64,000 nucleotides of DNA from an uncultured Bacteroidota bacterium (GCA_902598525.1 CACKBZ010000005.1:25502-89501), one strand, 5' to 3'; shown: positions 47,167-57,895, numbered from the stretch's first letter. The notes: generated by a model from the sequence alone, not told the origin. Numbers and translations: made by a program.

Positions 47167-47815
47167 CTGTAAAATCTTCTTCAGAAAAGTCAGGCCAATA
47201 TGTTTCAGTGAAATATAATTCAGCATATGCTATTTGCCATAATAAGAAATTACTAATTCGTTGTTCACCACTAGTTCTAATTAGCAAATCTACATCTGGT
47301 AAATTTTTGGTGTAAAGATGGTCATTAATGATGGAATCATCAAAATTATCAAGATTAATTATCTCATTTTTAACTTTTTCTGAAATCTCTTTGACAGCCT
47401 TAAAAATCTCTTGTTTTCCACCATAACTCAAGGCTAAAGTTAATGTCATCCCTGTGTTGTCTTTAGTATTATTGATAATTTTGCCTAATTCATATCTTAC
47501 CTCATTGGGAAGAGATTTAACATCACCTATAGAATTTAATTTTATATTATTATTTATCAAATCCTCAAATTCATCTTTAAGAGTTTCTACTAAAAGTCTC
47601 ATTAATGTTTCTACTTCATAACTAGGTCTTCCCCAGTTCTCAACAGAGAATGCAAATAGTGTTAAGTACTTCACTTTAAACTTATTAGCTTCCTCAACAA
47701 TTTTTTTTACAGATCTAACTCCATGTTGATGACCAAACTCTCTTGGCATTCCTTTCTGTTCGGCCCATCTTCCATTTCCATCCATTATAATTGCTACATG
47801 ATTAGGTGTATTCAT
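47105..47815 (-). CDS. uppS: Isoprenyl transferase (undecaprenyl diphosphate synthase)
   Basis: HVAIIMDGNGRWA, LTLFAFSVENWGRP, RTSGEQRISNFLLWQIAYAELYF. Confidence 0.96.
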   Translation of the reverse strand: MNTPNHVAIIMDGNGRWAEQKGMPREFGHQHGVRSVKKIVEEANKFKVKYLTLFAFSVENWGRPSYEVETLMRLLVETLKDEFEDLINNNIKLNSIGDVKSLPNEVRYELGKIINNTKDNTGMTLTLALSYGGKQEIFKAVKEISEKVKNEIINLDNFDDSIINDHLYTKNLPDVDLLIRTSGEQRISNFLLWQIAYAELYFTETYWPDFSEEDFTDAIIEYQKRERRFGKTSKQL

Positions 47816-48693
47816 CAGTCGCCAATTTTATTATTTCTCATATCTTGTCCCCAAAAGAGTTTTTCCCTTAATCTTTTATAAAAGTTATCGTCATCAAGTT
47901 TAATTGTCTTTATTGTGAATTTTGATTTTGATATCTGAATTTCATTTTTTGAATCAAACGAGTACATTCTAGAGTCCAAAGATAAATTAATATTAACAGT
48001 TCCTTCAACTTGAATTTTAACTTCTGAATCGTCTGGTATAATTAGAGATCTCATATTAATGTTATGTGGTGCAATTGGATTCAATATAATTATCTTGGAC
48101 TCAGGAGAGACAACAGAACCACCATTACTAAGAGAATAACCTGTTGAACCTGTAGGAGTTGATATAATTAATCCATCTGACCAATAATTTGTTAAATAAT
48201 TACCATTAATTGAACAAGATATATTTAGAAGAGATGTTGTGTCTTTCCTTTGAATTGTAACTTCATTTAGTGCATATGAAAAAAACTTACTAGCTAAATT
48301 TGACTTTACCTCCAGCAGCGTTCTATCTATAATGCTAAACTTATTATCTTTTATTTTTTTTACTGCTTCACCTATATTCTCTTTTTGTACGCTAGTTAAA
48401 AAGCCAAGCCTTCCTGCATTTATTCCTAATACTGGCACTCCTGAATCTTTAACGTATGTTATCGATCTCAATATTGTTCCATCTCCACCAACTGCAAAAA
48501 CATAGTCAATATCTATATCAATAGGGTTTGATGAATCAAAAAATGAAAATTTACTCTGGAATTCCTTACTAAGCTCACTTTTAATTTTTGAATCAATAAT
48601 TATATCATTTTCTTCTGACACAATATCTATAACTTCCTTGCAGCAATTCACTGAAGAAGTATTATTAAATGCTATGTAAATAGCAATTTTCAT
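47815..48693 (-). CDS. nadK: NAD+ kinase
   Basis: GGDGTILR motif, NAGRLGFLT and STPTGSTGYSLS. The ATG at 48693 (MKIAIY...) is preferred over the TTG at 48708. Confidence 0.93.
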   Translation of the reverse strand: MKIAIYIAFNNTSSVNCCKEVIDIVSEENDIIIDSKIKSELSKEFQSKFSFFDSSNPIDIDIDYVFAVGGDGTILRSITYVKDSGVPVLGINAGRLGFLTSVQKENIGEAVKKIKDNKFSIIDRTLLEVKSNLASKFFSYALNEVTIQRKDTTSLLNISCSINGNYLTNYWSDGLIISTPTGSTGYSLSNGGSVVSPESKIIILNPIAPHNINMRSLIIPDDSEVKIQVEGTVNINLSLDSRMYSFDSKNEIQISKSKFTIKTIKLDDDNFYKRLREKLFWGQDMRNNKIGD

Positions 48694-48730
48694 ATGGCTA
48701 AAATACAAACTTTAAAACTTTATTAAGTAC

Positions 48731-48738
48731 TATATTTG
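48731..48738 (+). promoter_or_regulatory. Candidate -7 box (TATATTTG) for pdxJ
   Basis: Matches TAnnTTTG. It ends 22 nt before the pdxJ ATG. Confidence 0.35.
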
Positions 48739-48760
48739 CATTTAAGTTTAATGTATTCAT

Positions 48761-49474
48761 ATGACAAAATTAAGTGTAAACATTAATAAAATTGCAACCC
48801 TTAGAAATGCTAGGGGAGAAGATTATCCTAACCTGGTGAAAACAGCCAAAGATATAATTAAATATGGAGCTGAAGGTATTACAATTCATCCAAGACCCGA
48901 TGAAAGGCATATAAAATACTCTGACGCATATGATCTAAAAGAAAATATTACTACTGAATTAAATATTGAAGGAAATCCATCTCAAAAATTTATAAATATG
49001 GTTTGTAAAGTAAAACCTGAGCAAGTAACATTAGTCCCAGATAAAGATGACGCAATTACATCCAACTCAGGTTGGGATACAATTAATAATTTCGATTTTT
49101 TAAATGACGTAGTAAATGAATTTCAATTAAACTCTATAAGAGTATCTATATTTGTCGATCCTGATTACAAAATGGTTGAAGGTGCAAAAAAAATTAATGC
49201 TGATCGAGTTGAATTATTTACTGGACCATATGCAAAACAATATTTAAATGATAAGAATAATGCAATAAATAAATATGTAAAATGTGCTGAGGCTGCTAAT
49301 AAAATTGGAATTGAACTTAATGCAGGGCACGATCTAAATCAAGAAAATCTTGAATTTTTTAAAAACAATATTGTAAATCTTAAAGAAGTATCCATAGGGC
49401 ATGCACTAATCTCAGAGTCAATTTATTTTGGCCTTCAGTCTACAATTAAATCCTATTTAAAAATTTTAAATTGA
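48761..49474 (+). CDS. pdxJ: Pyridoxine 5'-phosphate synthase
   Basis: LSVNINKIATLRNARG...GITIHPRPDERHI...NIEGNP...NAGHDLN...SIGHALI. Confidence 0.95.
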   Translation: MTKLSVNINKIATLRNARGEDYPNLVKTAKDIIKYGAEGITIHPRPDERHIKYSDAYDLKENITTELNIEGNPSQKFINMVCKVKPEQVTLVPDKDDAITSNSGWDTINNFDFLNDVVNEFQLNSIRVSIFVDPDYKMVEGAKKINADRVELFTGPYAKQYLNDKNNAINKYVKCAEAANKIGIELNAGHDLNQENLEFFKNNIVNLKEVSIGHALISESIYFGLQSTIKSYLKILN

Positions 49475-50241
49475 ATCTGCTTCACTCCATAATTGTTGGT
49501 GATTCTGATAAGAATATCCTTATTGTTCATGGTTTTCTTGGTATGGGAGATAATTGGAAATCTCATGCAAATAAAATTGCTGAAAGTGGATTTAAAGTTC
49601 ATCTTATTGATTTAAGAAATCATGGTAAAAGTTTTTGGAGTAATGAATTTAGCTTCGATTTAATGGTAGAAGATATATACGAATATATCTCTCATCATAA
49701 AATCTCAAATTTTTACATGTTGGGACATTCAATGGGGGGTAATATTACAATTCTTTTTGCTAAAAATTATCCAGAGTTACTTAAAAAAATTATAATTGTA
49801 GATATAGTTCCTAAAGAGTACAAACCTCAACATAATTATATTCTTGAAAGCTTAAAATCTCTTGACTTTAAAACAATAAAATCAAGAAATGATGCAGATT
49901 ACCAACTTTCAAAATTAATTTCTGATGAAAGAATTAGACAATTCTTGTTAAAAAATCTTTATTGGAAAGACCAAGATACATTAGGTCTAAAGATTAATCT
50001 TGATATATTGTATGATTTTAAAAATAAGCTTTCATTAATTTTAAAAGAAGATTTTTCTTTTGATAACCCAACATTACTTATTCATGGTGAAAATTCTGAT
50101 TATGTAAATGAATCAGATTATGAGTTAATGAATTCTTTTTTTAAAAATCTTGAAATAATAAAGGTACCATCTGCAGCCCATTGGGTTCATGCAGATAATC
50201 CTAAATTTTTTCTTGAAAAAACGATTAATTTTTTAAATTGA
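49471..50241 (+). CDS. Alpha/beta hydrolase fold protein
   Basis: HGFLGMGDNW, nucleophile elbow GHSMGG, and a C-terminal His in AAHWVHADNP. TTG start overlapping the pdxJ stop. Confidence 0.8.
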   Translation: MNLLHSIIVGDSDKNILIVHGFLGMGDNWKSHANKIAESGFKVHLIDLRNHGKSFWSNEFSFDLMVEDIYEYISHHKISNFYMLGHSMGGNITILFAKNYPELLKKIIIVDIVPKEYKPQHNYILESLKSLDFKTIKSRNDADYQLSKLISDERIRQFLLKNLYWKDQDTLGLKINLDILYDFKNKLSLILKEDFSFDNPTLLIHGENSDYVNESDYELMNSFFKNLEIIKVPSAAHWVHADNPKFFLEKTINFLN

Positions 50242-50244
50242 ATT

Positions 50245-50730
50245 ATGGTTAATACTACAATTAGAAAGGCTAATTCAGATGATGTGAAAGATATATTGAG
50301 ATTATTAATTGAACTTGCTGTATATGAAAAAGAACCAGATGCTGTAAAAGTAACTGAAAAGGAGTTAATAAGAGATGGATTTGGGGAGAATCCAAAATAT
50401 CAATGTATTCTGGCTGAAGCTGATAATACAATTGTAGGACTAGCATTCTATACTCCAAGATATTCTACATGGGTAGGAGATACTCTTCATCTAGAGGATC
50501 TAATTGTTACAGAAAAAATGAGAGGTAAAGGAATTGGAACAATTTTATATAAATCATTTCTAGAAGAAGCAAGAAGAAGAGATGTAAATAGAGTAGAGTG
50601 GTCTGTTCTTGATTGGAATAAACCTGCTATTGACTTTTATAAAAAAACTGGTGCAATAATTGATGGTCTTAATCAATGGAAAATTGTTCGAATGAATAAA
50701 CATATAATTGATGATTATTTATCTAGATAA
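50245..50730 (+). CDS. GNAT family N-acetyltransferase (diamine/SSAT-like)
   Basis: Acetyl-CoA motif EKMRGKGIGTILYKSFLEEA and a C-terminal AIDFYKKTGA. Confidence 0.8.
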   Translation: MVNTTIRKANSDDVKDILRLLIELAVYEKEPDAVKVTEKELIRDGFGENPKYQCILAEADNTIVGLAFYTPRYSTWVGDTLHLEDLIVTEKMRGKGIGTILYKSFLEEARRRDVNRVEWSVLDWNKPAIDFYKKTGAIIDGLNQWKIVRMNKHIIDDYLSR

Positions 50731-51131
50731 TTCTCTATGAAGTTCTGAATAAATTTCTTTATTTCATTTCTTGTTTTTATAAAATGGTTCCCATATTCAC
50801 CGTTTTCAATTTTCGTAGGGTCTGAAAAGTTTTTATGTATTTTAATTAAAGATTCACCTGAAAAAACCGGACATGTCTCATTAGCGTTATCACATACAGT
50901 TATAATAAAATCAAATTTAATTTTTAGATAATCATCTACTAAATTTGAAGTATAATTAGATATATCAATTTTATCCTCAAGCATACAGCGAACAGCATTT
51001 AAATTTAATCCATGTTTTTCAATCCCTGCACTAAATACAGATACAGAATTATCTGTTAAATGATTTAAATACCCATGAGCTATTTGACTTCTACATGAGT
51101 TGCCAGTACAAAGTATAAGAATTTTTTTCAT
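50715..51131 (-). CDS. arsC: Low-molecular-weight phosphatase-type arsenate reductase (ArsC)
   Basis: P-loop CTGNSCRS at the N-terminus and downstream Cys residues (VCDNANETCP), consistent with the thioredoxin-coupled ArsC type. A plain LMW-PTP cannot be excluded. Confidence 0.7.
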   Translation of the reverse strand: MKKILILCTGNSCRSQIAHGYLNHLTDNSVSVFSAGIEKHGLNLNAVRCMLEDKIDISNYTSNLVDDYLKIKFDFIITVCDNANETCPVFSGESLIKIHKNFSDPTKIENGEYGNHFIKTRNEIKKFIQNFIENYLDK

Positions 51132-52489
51132 TAGAATCCTAAAGAAATTTTTGCTATGTAAAAGAATAAAAAGATTCCAAAAATATCGTTAGCAGTAGTA
51201 ATAAAGGGCCCTGTAGCAATAGCTGGATCAATTCCTTGCTTATCAAGAATTATAGGGACAAAAGTTCCAACTAGTGCTGCAATTATTATAACTCCCATCA
51301 TTGACCCAGCTATAGTAAGACTCATAGATAAATCTTGGTTAACTATTTGACCAAAAATTATTAAAATAACTGAAAGAGCAAAACCATTAATTAAACTAAG
51401 TCCAACTTCCTTGAAAAGTCTATTTAGTAATGAACCTTTTACCAAATCATTTGCTAAACCTTGAACTATAATTGCAGAAGATTGTACACCTACATTACCA
51501 GCCATAGCCGCAATTAAAGGAGTATAAAAAAATAAATTTCTAAGGTCAGGCTGATTCATTATTTGTTCAAAATCTTTTAGAATAAAAACACTTCCAAGTC
51601 CACCTAGTAGTCCTAAAAACAGCCATGGTAATCTTGCTTTAGTTAATTGAAAAATTGAATCATTTACTTCGACTTCAGATGATATACCAGCAGCTAATTG
51701 GTAGTCTTTATCTGCTTCATCTTTAATTAAGTCGACAATATCATCAATTGTAATTCTACCGAGTAATGTTTTACTTTTATTTGTAACAGGAATGGCTTCC
51801 AAATCATATTTAGACATAATTTTTGCAACATCCTCTCCCTCTTGATTAACAGTAACATAATCAACATTTGGAATATATATATCCTTAACTTTAGACCTAG
51901 ACTTAGCAGTAACAACATCTTTAAGTGAAAGTCTTCCTTTTAATCTGTTTTTTGAATCAACAACATAAATGGAATGAACTCTAGTTACATTCTTTGCTTG
52001 TTTTCTTATCTCATCAAGACATTTGGAGATACTTAGATTCTCATTAACACTTACTAACTCTTTAGCCATCAAACCACCAGCTGTATCCTCATCATATTTA
52101 AGTAACTCTTTAATATCATCTGTTAACTCAGCATCTTTTATTTGAGAGAATACTCTCTCTTGTCTCTCCTCGGTTAATTCAGAAATAACATCTGTTGCAT
52201 CATCTGTATCAAGCTCAACAATTTTTTCAGCAATTTCTTTAGCAGATAATTTCTCTAAAATAATTTCTCTTAAGTCTTCATCTATCTCAGCTAACGCATC
52301 TGCAATTTTTTGTTTATCAAAAATTTTAACTAAAAAAATTACTTCAGTTGTTTCTAACAATTCAAAAATTTCTGCTAAATCTGCGTAATGAATATCTGCG
52401 AGACTAGATAAAAGTTTATGTGTATTGTTATCTTCAATAAGCTTTTTAATCTTACTAATTAACTCATCATTAATTTTAAATTGTTTCAT
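51131..52489 (-). CDS. mgtE: Magnesium transporter MgtE
   Basis: MgtE N-domain, tandem CBS region and C-terminal 5-TM domain (...PFITTANDIFGIFLFFYIA). Confidence 0.93.
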   Translation of the reverse strand: MKQFKINDELISKIKKLIEDNNTHKLLSSLADIHYADLAEIFELLETTEVIFLVKIFDKQKIADALAEIDEDLREIILEKLSAKEIAEKIVELDTDDATDVISELTEERQERVFSQIKDAELTDDIKELLKYDEDTAGGLMAKELVSVNENLSISKCLDEIRKQAKNVTRVHSIYVVDSKNRLKGRLSLKDVVTAKSRSKVKDIYIPNVDYVTVNQEGEDVAKIMSKYDLEAIPVTNKSKTLLGRITIDDIVDLIKDEADKDYQLAAGISSEVEVNDSIFQLTKARLPWLFLGLLGGLGSVFILKDFEQIMNQPDLRNLFFYTPLIAAMAGNVGVQSSAIIVQGLANDLVKGSLLNRLFKEVGLSLINGFALSVILIIFGQIVNQDLSMSLTIAGSMMGVIIIAALVGTFVPIILDKQGIDPAIATGPFITTANDIFGIFLFFYIAKISLGF

Positions 52490-53261
52490 TACTGATTTTT
52501 TGTGTTAATCTAATAAAGTCATTTACAGATAGTTGCTCAGGCCTCAAACCAAAGATACTATCTTCTAGAATATTTTCCTTTATATCAAGTTTTTTTAAAG
52601 AGTTTTTTATTTTCTTTCTTCTTTGCTGAAAACTAAGTTTTACCAATTTATCAAATAGCTTTAGATCAAAATTAATATTAATATTCTTCTTTCTGGTCAA
52701 TGAAATTACTGATGAATTAACTCTTGGTTTTGGAAAGAATACATTAGGTGAAACATCAAACAAAATTTTAACATCATACAATAACTGAGTTTTTACAGAG
52801 ATTATTCCATATTCCTTGGAGTTAGGTTTACTAATAATCCTCTCTGCAACTTCTTTCTGAAACATTCCTATTAGATTACCTACTAATAAATAGTTTTCCA
52901 ATATTTTAAAGATAATCTGTGATGAAATATTATATGGAAAGTTACCTATGATTAAGTTTTTACTAGTTTGAGTCAACACATCCTTCAAATTATATTTTAA
53001 AAAATCTTTTTTAATAATATTTGGGTTATGTTTTTTAAATGAACTTTTTATAAATTCTACAGACTCAGTATCATATTCAATAAGAATTAATTTATCACTA
53101 AAATCAAATAGATATTTTGATAAGGCACCTTTTCCTGGTCCAATTTCAACTATTTTATCAAATTCTTTTAAGTTAACAGCATTAACAATCTTCTTTGAAA
53201 TATTTTCATCAATAAGAAAATGTTGACCCAGGAATTTTTTTGGACTAACATTTTCAATCAT
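52476..53261 (-). CDS. rsmA: 16S rRNA (adenine1518/1519-N6)-dimethyltransferase
   Basis: KKFLGQHFLIDENI, VEIGPGKGALS, GNFPYNISS. Confidence 0.94.
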   Translation of the reverse strand: MIENVSPKKFLGQHFLIDENISKKIVNAVNLKEFDKIVEIGPGKGALSKYLFDFSDKLILIEYDTESVEFIKSSFKKHNPNIIKKDFLKYNLKDVLTQTSKNLIIGNFPYNISSQIIFKILENYLLVGNLIGMFQKEVAERIISKPNSKEYGIISVKTQLLYDVKILFDVSPNVFFPKPRVNSSVISLTRKKNININFDLKLFDKLVKLSFQQRRKKIKNSLKKLDIKENILEDSIFGLRPEQLSVNDFIRLTQKISNETI

Positions 53262-53265
53262 AGAA

Positions 53266-54540
53266 TTAGTTTATTTTATCAAATCCAGTATATGGTAGCA
53301 AAACATCAGGAATTATAATTCCATTTTCAGTTTGATTATTCTCAATTAACCCAGCCATTACTCTTGGAAGAGCGAGTGAACTACCATTTAGAGTATGTAA
53401 TGTATAGTTTTTACCATCTTTATCTTTAAATTTTAAATTTAGACGATTTGATTGATATGTTTTAAAGTTTGAAACTGAGCTTATCTCAAGCCATTTTTCT
53501 TGACCCTTTGAAAAAACTTCAAAATCATATGTAATCGAAGATGTAAAACCTAAGTCACCCGCACATAAATTTAAAATTCTAAAATCAAGTTTAAGATCGA
53601 TTAGGATTCCTTTTATATGCTCTTTCATTTCAATTAATGCATCATCAGACTTATCAGGATGTTCAATCCTTACTATCTCAACTTTATCAAATTGATGTAA
53701 TCTATTTAGTCCTCTCACATCAGATCCATAACTTCCAGCTTCTCTTCTAAAACATGGGGTATAACCAGTCATCATAATTGGAACTTGGTCCACTGCTAGG
53801 ATTTTATCTCTATAAATATTTGTTAAAGGAACCTCTGCTGTAGGAATTAAATATAAGTCATCATTTGTAACATGGTACATTTGACCATCTTTATCAGGTA
53901 ACTGGCCCGTTGCATAAGCAGAATCTAAGTTTACCAAGTGAGGAACCTGAAACTCATTGTATCCTGCGGAGCTATTTCTATCTAAAAAGAAATTTATTAA
54001 TGCTCTTTGAAGTTTGGCACCTTTATCTTTATACACTGGAAATCCTGATCCTGTTATCTTACTTCCTAATTCAAAATCAATAATGTCATATTCTTTTGAT
54101 AGATCCCAGTGATTTTCTAGGTTGTATCCAGACTCTTTAAAATTGGAGCTTCTAAATATCTCAATATTATTTTCCTCAGAAAGTCCATCAGGAACTTTTG
54201 AATCAGGAATATTTGGTACTGTAGTTATTAAATCTGATATTTTATTTTTAACTGTATCTAATTCCTCTGCCAAGCCCTTTGACTTTAATTTTAAATTTGA
54301 CGACTCAGATTTAAGACTATCAATGTCAATATCATTATTGCCTGATTTAAATGCTTCTGCTACGTCTTTAGAGATGGTATTTGACTTAAACAGGATATTA
54401 TCAAGATCTTGTTGTATTTTTTTTCGGTTATTATTGAGCTCTATTATGCTGTCTAATACATCTAGATTTTTAAAACCTCTTTTTTTAAGGCCTATAATTG
54501 CGTCATCTTTTGAGTTTGTGATGTAATCAATTGAAAGCAT
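53266..54540 (-). CDS. serS: Serine--tRNA ligase
   Basis: N-terminal coiled-coil arm and class II motifs (TGYTPCFRREAGSYG, FDKVEIV, LNGSSLALPRVMAGLIENNQ). Confidence 0.96.
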   Translation of the reverse strand: MLSIDYITNSKDDAIIGLKKRGFKNLDVLDSIIELNNNRKKIQQDLDNILFKSNTISKDVAEAFKSGNNDIDIDSLKSESSNLKLKSKGLAEELDTVKNKISDLITTVPNIPDSKVPDGLSEENNIEIFRSSNFKESGYNLENHWDLSKEYDIIDFELGSKITGSGFPVYKDKGAKLQRALINFFLDRNSSAGYNEFQVPHLVNLDSAYATGQLPDKDGQMYHVTNDDLYLIPTAEVPLTNIYRDKILAVDQVPIMMTGYTPCFRREAGSYGSDVRGLNRLHQFDKVEIVRIEHPDKSDDALIEMKEHIKGILIDLKLDFRILNLCAGDLGFTSSITYDFEVFSKGQEKWLEISSVSNFKTYQSNRLNLKFKDKDGKNYTLHTLNGSSLALPRVMAGLIENNQTENGIIIPDVLLPYTGFDKIN

Positions 54541-54553
54541 AATTATTTTAAAT

Positions 54554-54561
54554 CAAAGATA
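54554..54561 (-). promoter_or_regulatory. Candidate -7 box (TATCTTTG) for serS
   Basis: The minus strand reads TATCTTTG. It ends 13 nt upstream of the serS ATG at 54540. Confidence 0.3.
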
Positions 54562-54565
54562 AAAT

Positions 54566-55492
54566 TTATTTGTTGATTAACTGATTACAATAAGTTTCAT
54601 CTTTTTTTAATTGTTCTTTTAAGGCCTCAATTGATGAGAACTTTATCTCATCTCTTATTTTTAACAATACATCAACAGAGATAGTTTTATCATAGATATC
54701 CTTATTAAAATCAAATAAATGAACTTCTATCGATTTTTTATTTTCACCTATAGTAGGTCTATGGCCAATATTCATCATTCCATGGAATTCTTTATTATCA
54801 ATTAATGTTTCTATAAAATAGACCCCATCTTTTGGAATAATCTTATAATTCTCTTCAACATATAAATTTGCAGTTGGATAATTAATCTGTTTTCCCAACC
54901 CATCACCTTTAATAACCTTTCCAGTTATTTTGAAAAATCTACCTAAAAATTTTGCCGATTTGTCAAGATTACCACTATTAATTGAATCTCTAATTTTAGT
55001 AGAGCTTACAGCTATAGACTCAACCTCGTGTGCTTTAATTTCTTCAACTATAAAATCAAAACTTTCTCCATATTTTTTTAAATCATCTACTGATGCCTCT
55101 CTGCCCTTACCAAATCTATGATCATACCCAATAATTATATGATTAATTTTTAATTTTTCGATTAAATAATCTTTGATAAATTGATCAGCAGACAATAATG
55201 AGAAATTTTTGTCAAATGGATGTATTATAAGATTTTCAATTCCTAACTTTTCAAAAGCTTTAATTTTTTCATCTAATGTATCTATCATTTTAACTTCATT
55301 ATACTTATTTAATATAATCCTAGGGTGGGGAAAGAATGTAAGGACAACAGATGATAAATTCTTTTTTTTTGATGTGGACATTAATTTATTCAAGATTTTC
55401 TTGTGACCTTCATGAACTCCATCAAATGTTCCAATTGTTAGAATGGTTCTTTGATTTAAATTATAATCTTCAATGCTCCTGAAAATTTTCAT
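54566..55492 (-). CDS. ribF: Bifunctional riboflavin kinase / FMN adenylyltransferase
   Basis: LTIGTFDGVHEGHKKIL, GYDHRFGKGR, GDGLGKQINYPTANL, IEVHLFDF. Confidence 0.95.
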   Translation of the reverse strand: MKIFRSIEDYNLNQRTILTIGTFDGVHEGHKKILNKLMSTSKKKNLSSVVLTFFPHPRIILNKYNEVKMIDTLDEKIKAFEKLGIENLIIHPFDKNFSLLSADQFIKDYLIEKLKINHIIIGYDHRFGKGREASVDDLKKYGESFDFIVEEIKAHEVESIAVSSTKIRDSINSGNLDKSAKFLGRFFKITGKVIKGDGLGKQINYPTANLYVEENYKIIPKDGVYFIETLIDNKEFHGMMNIGHRPTIGENKKSIEVHLFDFNKDIYDKTISVDVLLKIRDEIKFSSIEALKEQLKKDETYCNQLINK

Positions 55493-56115
55493 TTAATAAA
55501 ATTTTTCTTGTTGTAGAGATTCATTGTCTCTTGTATACCAATTTGAATAAATGAGAAAATAATTTCAATTGAGCTAATTGTAAGACTATTTATATTCGAC
55601 ATTTCATAGCTGCTCCACTTTCCTAAAACATAATCTGATTTAGAAATCTTATTATTATTTGATATTCCAACCCTTAACCTAGCATAATTAGAAGTTCCTA
55701 GATTATCTTCAATATCTTTTAAACCATTATGACCTCCAGATGTACCATTTGCTTTTAATTTAATATTTCCAAAAAACAAATTTAAATCGTCACAAACAAC
55801 CAGAATATTCTCAAGTGAAACTTTCTCTTTTTTTTGCCAATAAACTAATGATCTTCCTGAATTATTGACATAATTGTTCGGTTTTATTATAACTATCTTT
55901 TTTCCTTTGAAAGCACCTTCTGCTCTTTGAGCTAGTTTTACAGATTCGAACTTGGTTTCTAGATTTTGAGCGAGTTGATCAACAATTTCAAAGCCAATAT
56001 TGTGCCTAGTATCGTCATACTCGCTACCAATATTTCCAATACCTAGAATAAGATATTTATTCATATCAGAGCTATTATTTAAACTTGAGAAGATCTTCTT
56101 AAGAAAATTCATCAT
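55489..56115 (-). CDS. pth: Peptidyl-tRNA hydrolase
   Basis: YLILGIGNIGSEYDDTRHNIGF, GGHNGLKDI. There is a 17-aa N-terminal extension before MNKYLILG, so the true start may be that internal Met (56064). Confidence 0.92.
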   Translation of the reverse strand: MMNFLKKIFSSLNNSSDMNKYLILGIGNIGSEYDDTRHNIGFEIVDQLAQNLETKFESVKLAQRAEGAFKGKKIVIIKPNNYVNNSGRSLVYWQKKEKVSLENILVVCDDLNLFFGNIKLKANGTSGGHNGLKDIEDNLGTSNYARLRVGISNNNKISKSDYVLGKWSSYEMSNINSLTISSIEIIFSFIQIGIQETMNLYNKKNFIK

Positions 56116-56162
56116 TATTTATAACCTTAATAAAGTTAAGATTAATTATATAACAACAAATA

Positions 56163-56873
56163 TTAAGACTCTTTAGACTCATCTTTAGTAGCCTCAGCGT
56201 CAGAGCCTTTAGTAGCCTCAGGATCAGAACCTTTAGATTCTGCTCCTTCAGCAGCTTCTGTACCTTCTTCTCCTTCAACTCCTTCTTCTCCTTCAACTCC
56301 TTCCTCATCCTCTGGTAATGCCATTGATGCTCTTGATGTTCTAACTTGACAGATTACAGTATTATCTGGGTGAAGTATTTCAAAGTCCTGGTCATCCACT
56401 TGAGATGTGTAATATTTATCTCCTAATTCAAGTGAAGAAATATCTACATCAATAGAATCAGGAAGATTACCCGGAAGTGCTTTTACTTTTATTTTTCTTT
56501 TATTTCTACTTAAAACACCACCACTATTCATAACTCCAGGGGCTGATCCACTCAGAATTACCGGTATTTCCATTGTAACTGGCTTGTCATCAAATAGTTC
56601 ATAAAAATCAGCATGTAGTATTTTATCAGTTACTGGGTGAAATTGAATATCCTGAAGAATAGCATTCACTTTTTTATCCCCAAAATCTAGTACAACAGTG
56701 TGAGCAGCTGCTGTATAAACTAGGTCTTTGAATCCTATTTCTTTTGCAGAAAAATGTACTACTTCATCACCTCCATATAAAACACATGGAACATTACCTT
56801 CTTTTCTTAATGAATTTGTGCTTGATTTGCCAATATTTTCCCTGTTGTTACTTTTAATTTCTATTGATTTCAT
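56163..56873 (-). CDS. rplY: 50S ribosomal protein L25 / general stress protein Ctc, with acidic repeat tail
   Basis: [27 protein letters not shown], then a C-terminal [15 protein letters not shown]...[17 protein letters not shown] tail. Confidence 0.92.
   Translation of the reverse strand: MKSIEIKSNNRENIGKSSTNSLRKEGNVPCVLYGGDEVVHFSAKEIGFKDLVYTAAAHTVVLDFGDKKVNAILQDIQFHPVTDKILHADFYELFDDKPVTMEIPVILSGSAPGVMNSGGVLSRNKRKIKVKALPGNLPDSIDVDISSLELGDKYYTSQVDDQDFEILHPDNTVICQVRTSRASMALPEDEEGVEGEEGVEGEEGTEAAEGAESKGSDPEATKGSDAEATKDESKES
56183..56298. repeat. Two short tandem duplications (2 x 24 bp at 56183-56230, 2 x 18 bp at 56263-56298) in the L25 tail
   Basis: CTTTAGTAGCCTCAG(C/G)(G/A)TCAGA(G/A)C occurs twice and CCTTCTTCTCCTTCAACT occurs twice, both in frame. 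Confidence 0.85.
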
Positions 56874-56875
56874 TT

Positions 56876-57811
56876 TTATTTATTTATAAATAGCTTATCA
56901 ATTGATTTGTTATGATGAACATTATACATTGTTTCAGCAAACATTTTTGAGCAAGATAAGTGTTCAACTTTACTAGATTCTTTCTTGATTTCAATTGAAT
57001 CGCTTGTTATTAATTTATTAAGTTTAGATTTTTCAATTTTTTCATACGCATCACCGGAAAGCAAAGCATGTGTACATATTGCTATTACAGATTCTGCACC
57101 TTTTTCGATCATTAAATCTGCTGCCTTTGTTAATGTTCCAGCAGTATCAACCATATCATCAATCAAAACAACATTTTTACCAGTAACATCTCCAATTAAC
57201 TCCATGTGTGTTATAATATTACCTTTTGATCTTTGCTTGTAACATATAACTACGTCTGAATCTAAAAATTTCGAGTATGCATAAGCTCTTTTAGAACCAC
57301 CCATATCTGGTGATGCAATTGTTAAGTTATCTATATTTAAAGACTTTAAATATGGAACAAAAATTGACGATGCATATAAATGATCAACAGGTTTTTCAAA
57401 GAATCCCTGAATTTGATCAGCATGGAGATCCATTGTAATTATTCTTGTAGCACCAGCTGATTCCAATAATTTAGCAACTAATTTTGCACCAATTGGTACT
57501 CTTGGCTTATCTTTCCTATCCTGTCTTGCCCATCCAAAATATGGAATTACCGCTGTAATATGTCTTGCTGATGCTCTTTTTGCTGCATCTAGCATCAGAA
57601 GCATTTCCATTAAATTATCTGTGGGAGGATTTGTAGATCCAATTATGAACACTCTCGAGCCTCTAACTGACTCTTCAAATGAAGGCTGAAACTCTCCATC
57701 GCTATATCTTTGAAAACTTACAATACCCAGTTCTTGGCCAAACTCTTTAGCAATTTGTTTTGCTAGAGTCATACTCTGAGTACAAGAAAAGATAATTACA
57801 GGCGTTTCCAC
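56876..57811 (-). CDS. prs: Ribose-phosphate diphosphokinase
   Basis: [26 protein letters not shown], and the PRPP loop [17 protein letters not shown] start at 57811. Confidence 0.95.
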   Translation of the reverse strand: METPVIIFSCTQSMTLAKQIAKEFGQELGIVSFQRYSDGEFQPSFEESVRGSRVFIIGSTNPPTDNLMEMLLMLDAAKRASARHITAVIPYFGWARQDRKDKPRVPIGAKLVAKLLESAGATRIITMDLHADQIQGFFEKPVDHLYASSIFVPYLKSLNIDNLTIASPDMGGSKRAYAYSKFLDSDVVICYKQRSKGNIITHMELIGDVTGKNVVLIDDMVDTAGTLTKAADLMIEKGAESVIAICTHALLSGDAYEKIEKSKLNKLITSDSIEIKKESSKVEHLSCSKMFAETMYNVHHNKSIDKLFINK

Positions 57812-57829
57812 TATCGTTTAATTGGAGTG

Positions 57830-57837
57830 CAAATTTA
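57830..57837 (-). promoter_or_regulatory. Candidate -7 box (TAAATTTG) for the prs-led minus-strand gene run
   Basis: The minus strand reads TAAATTTG. It ends 18 nt upstream of the prs GTG. Confidence 0.35.
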
Positions 57838-57895
57838 AAAATAATTATTGTTCAGTATAACTTTATCATAAATTATTTAATATGCTGGAATTTAT

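Noticed and set aside
51131-55492. Possible riboswitch leaders (Mg2+ M-box before mgtE, FMN before ribF, glycine before gcvH at 30208).
   Set aside because: These genes abut or overlap the preceding gene (overlaps of 4-14 nt, or a 2-nt gap), which leaves no room for a structured leader.
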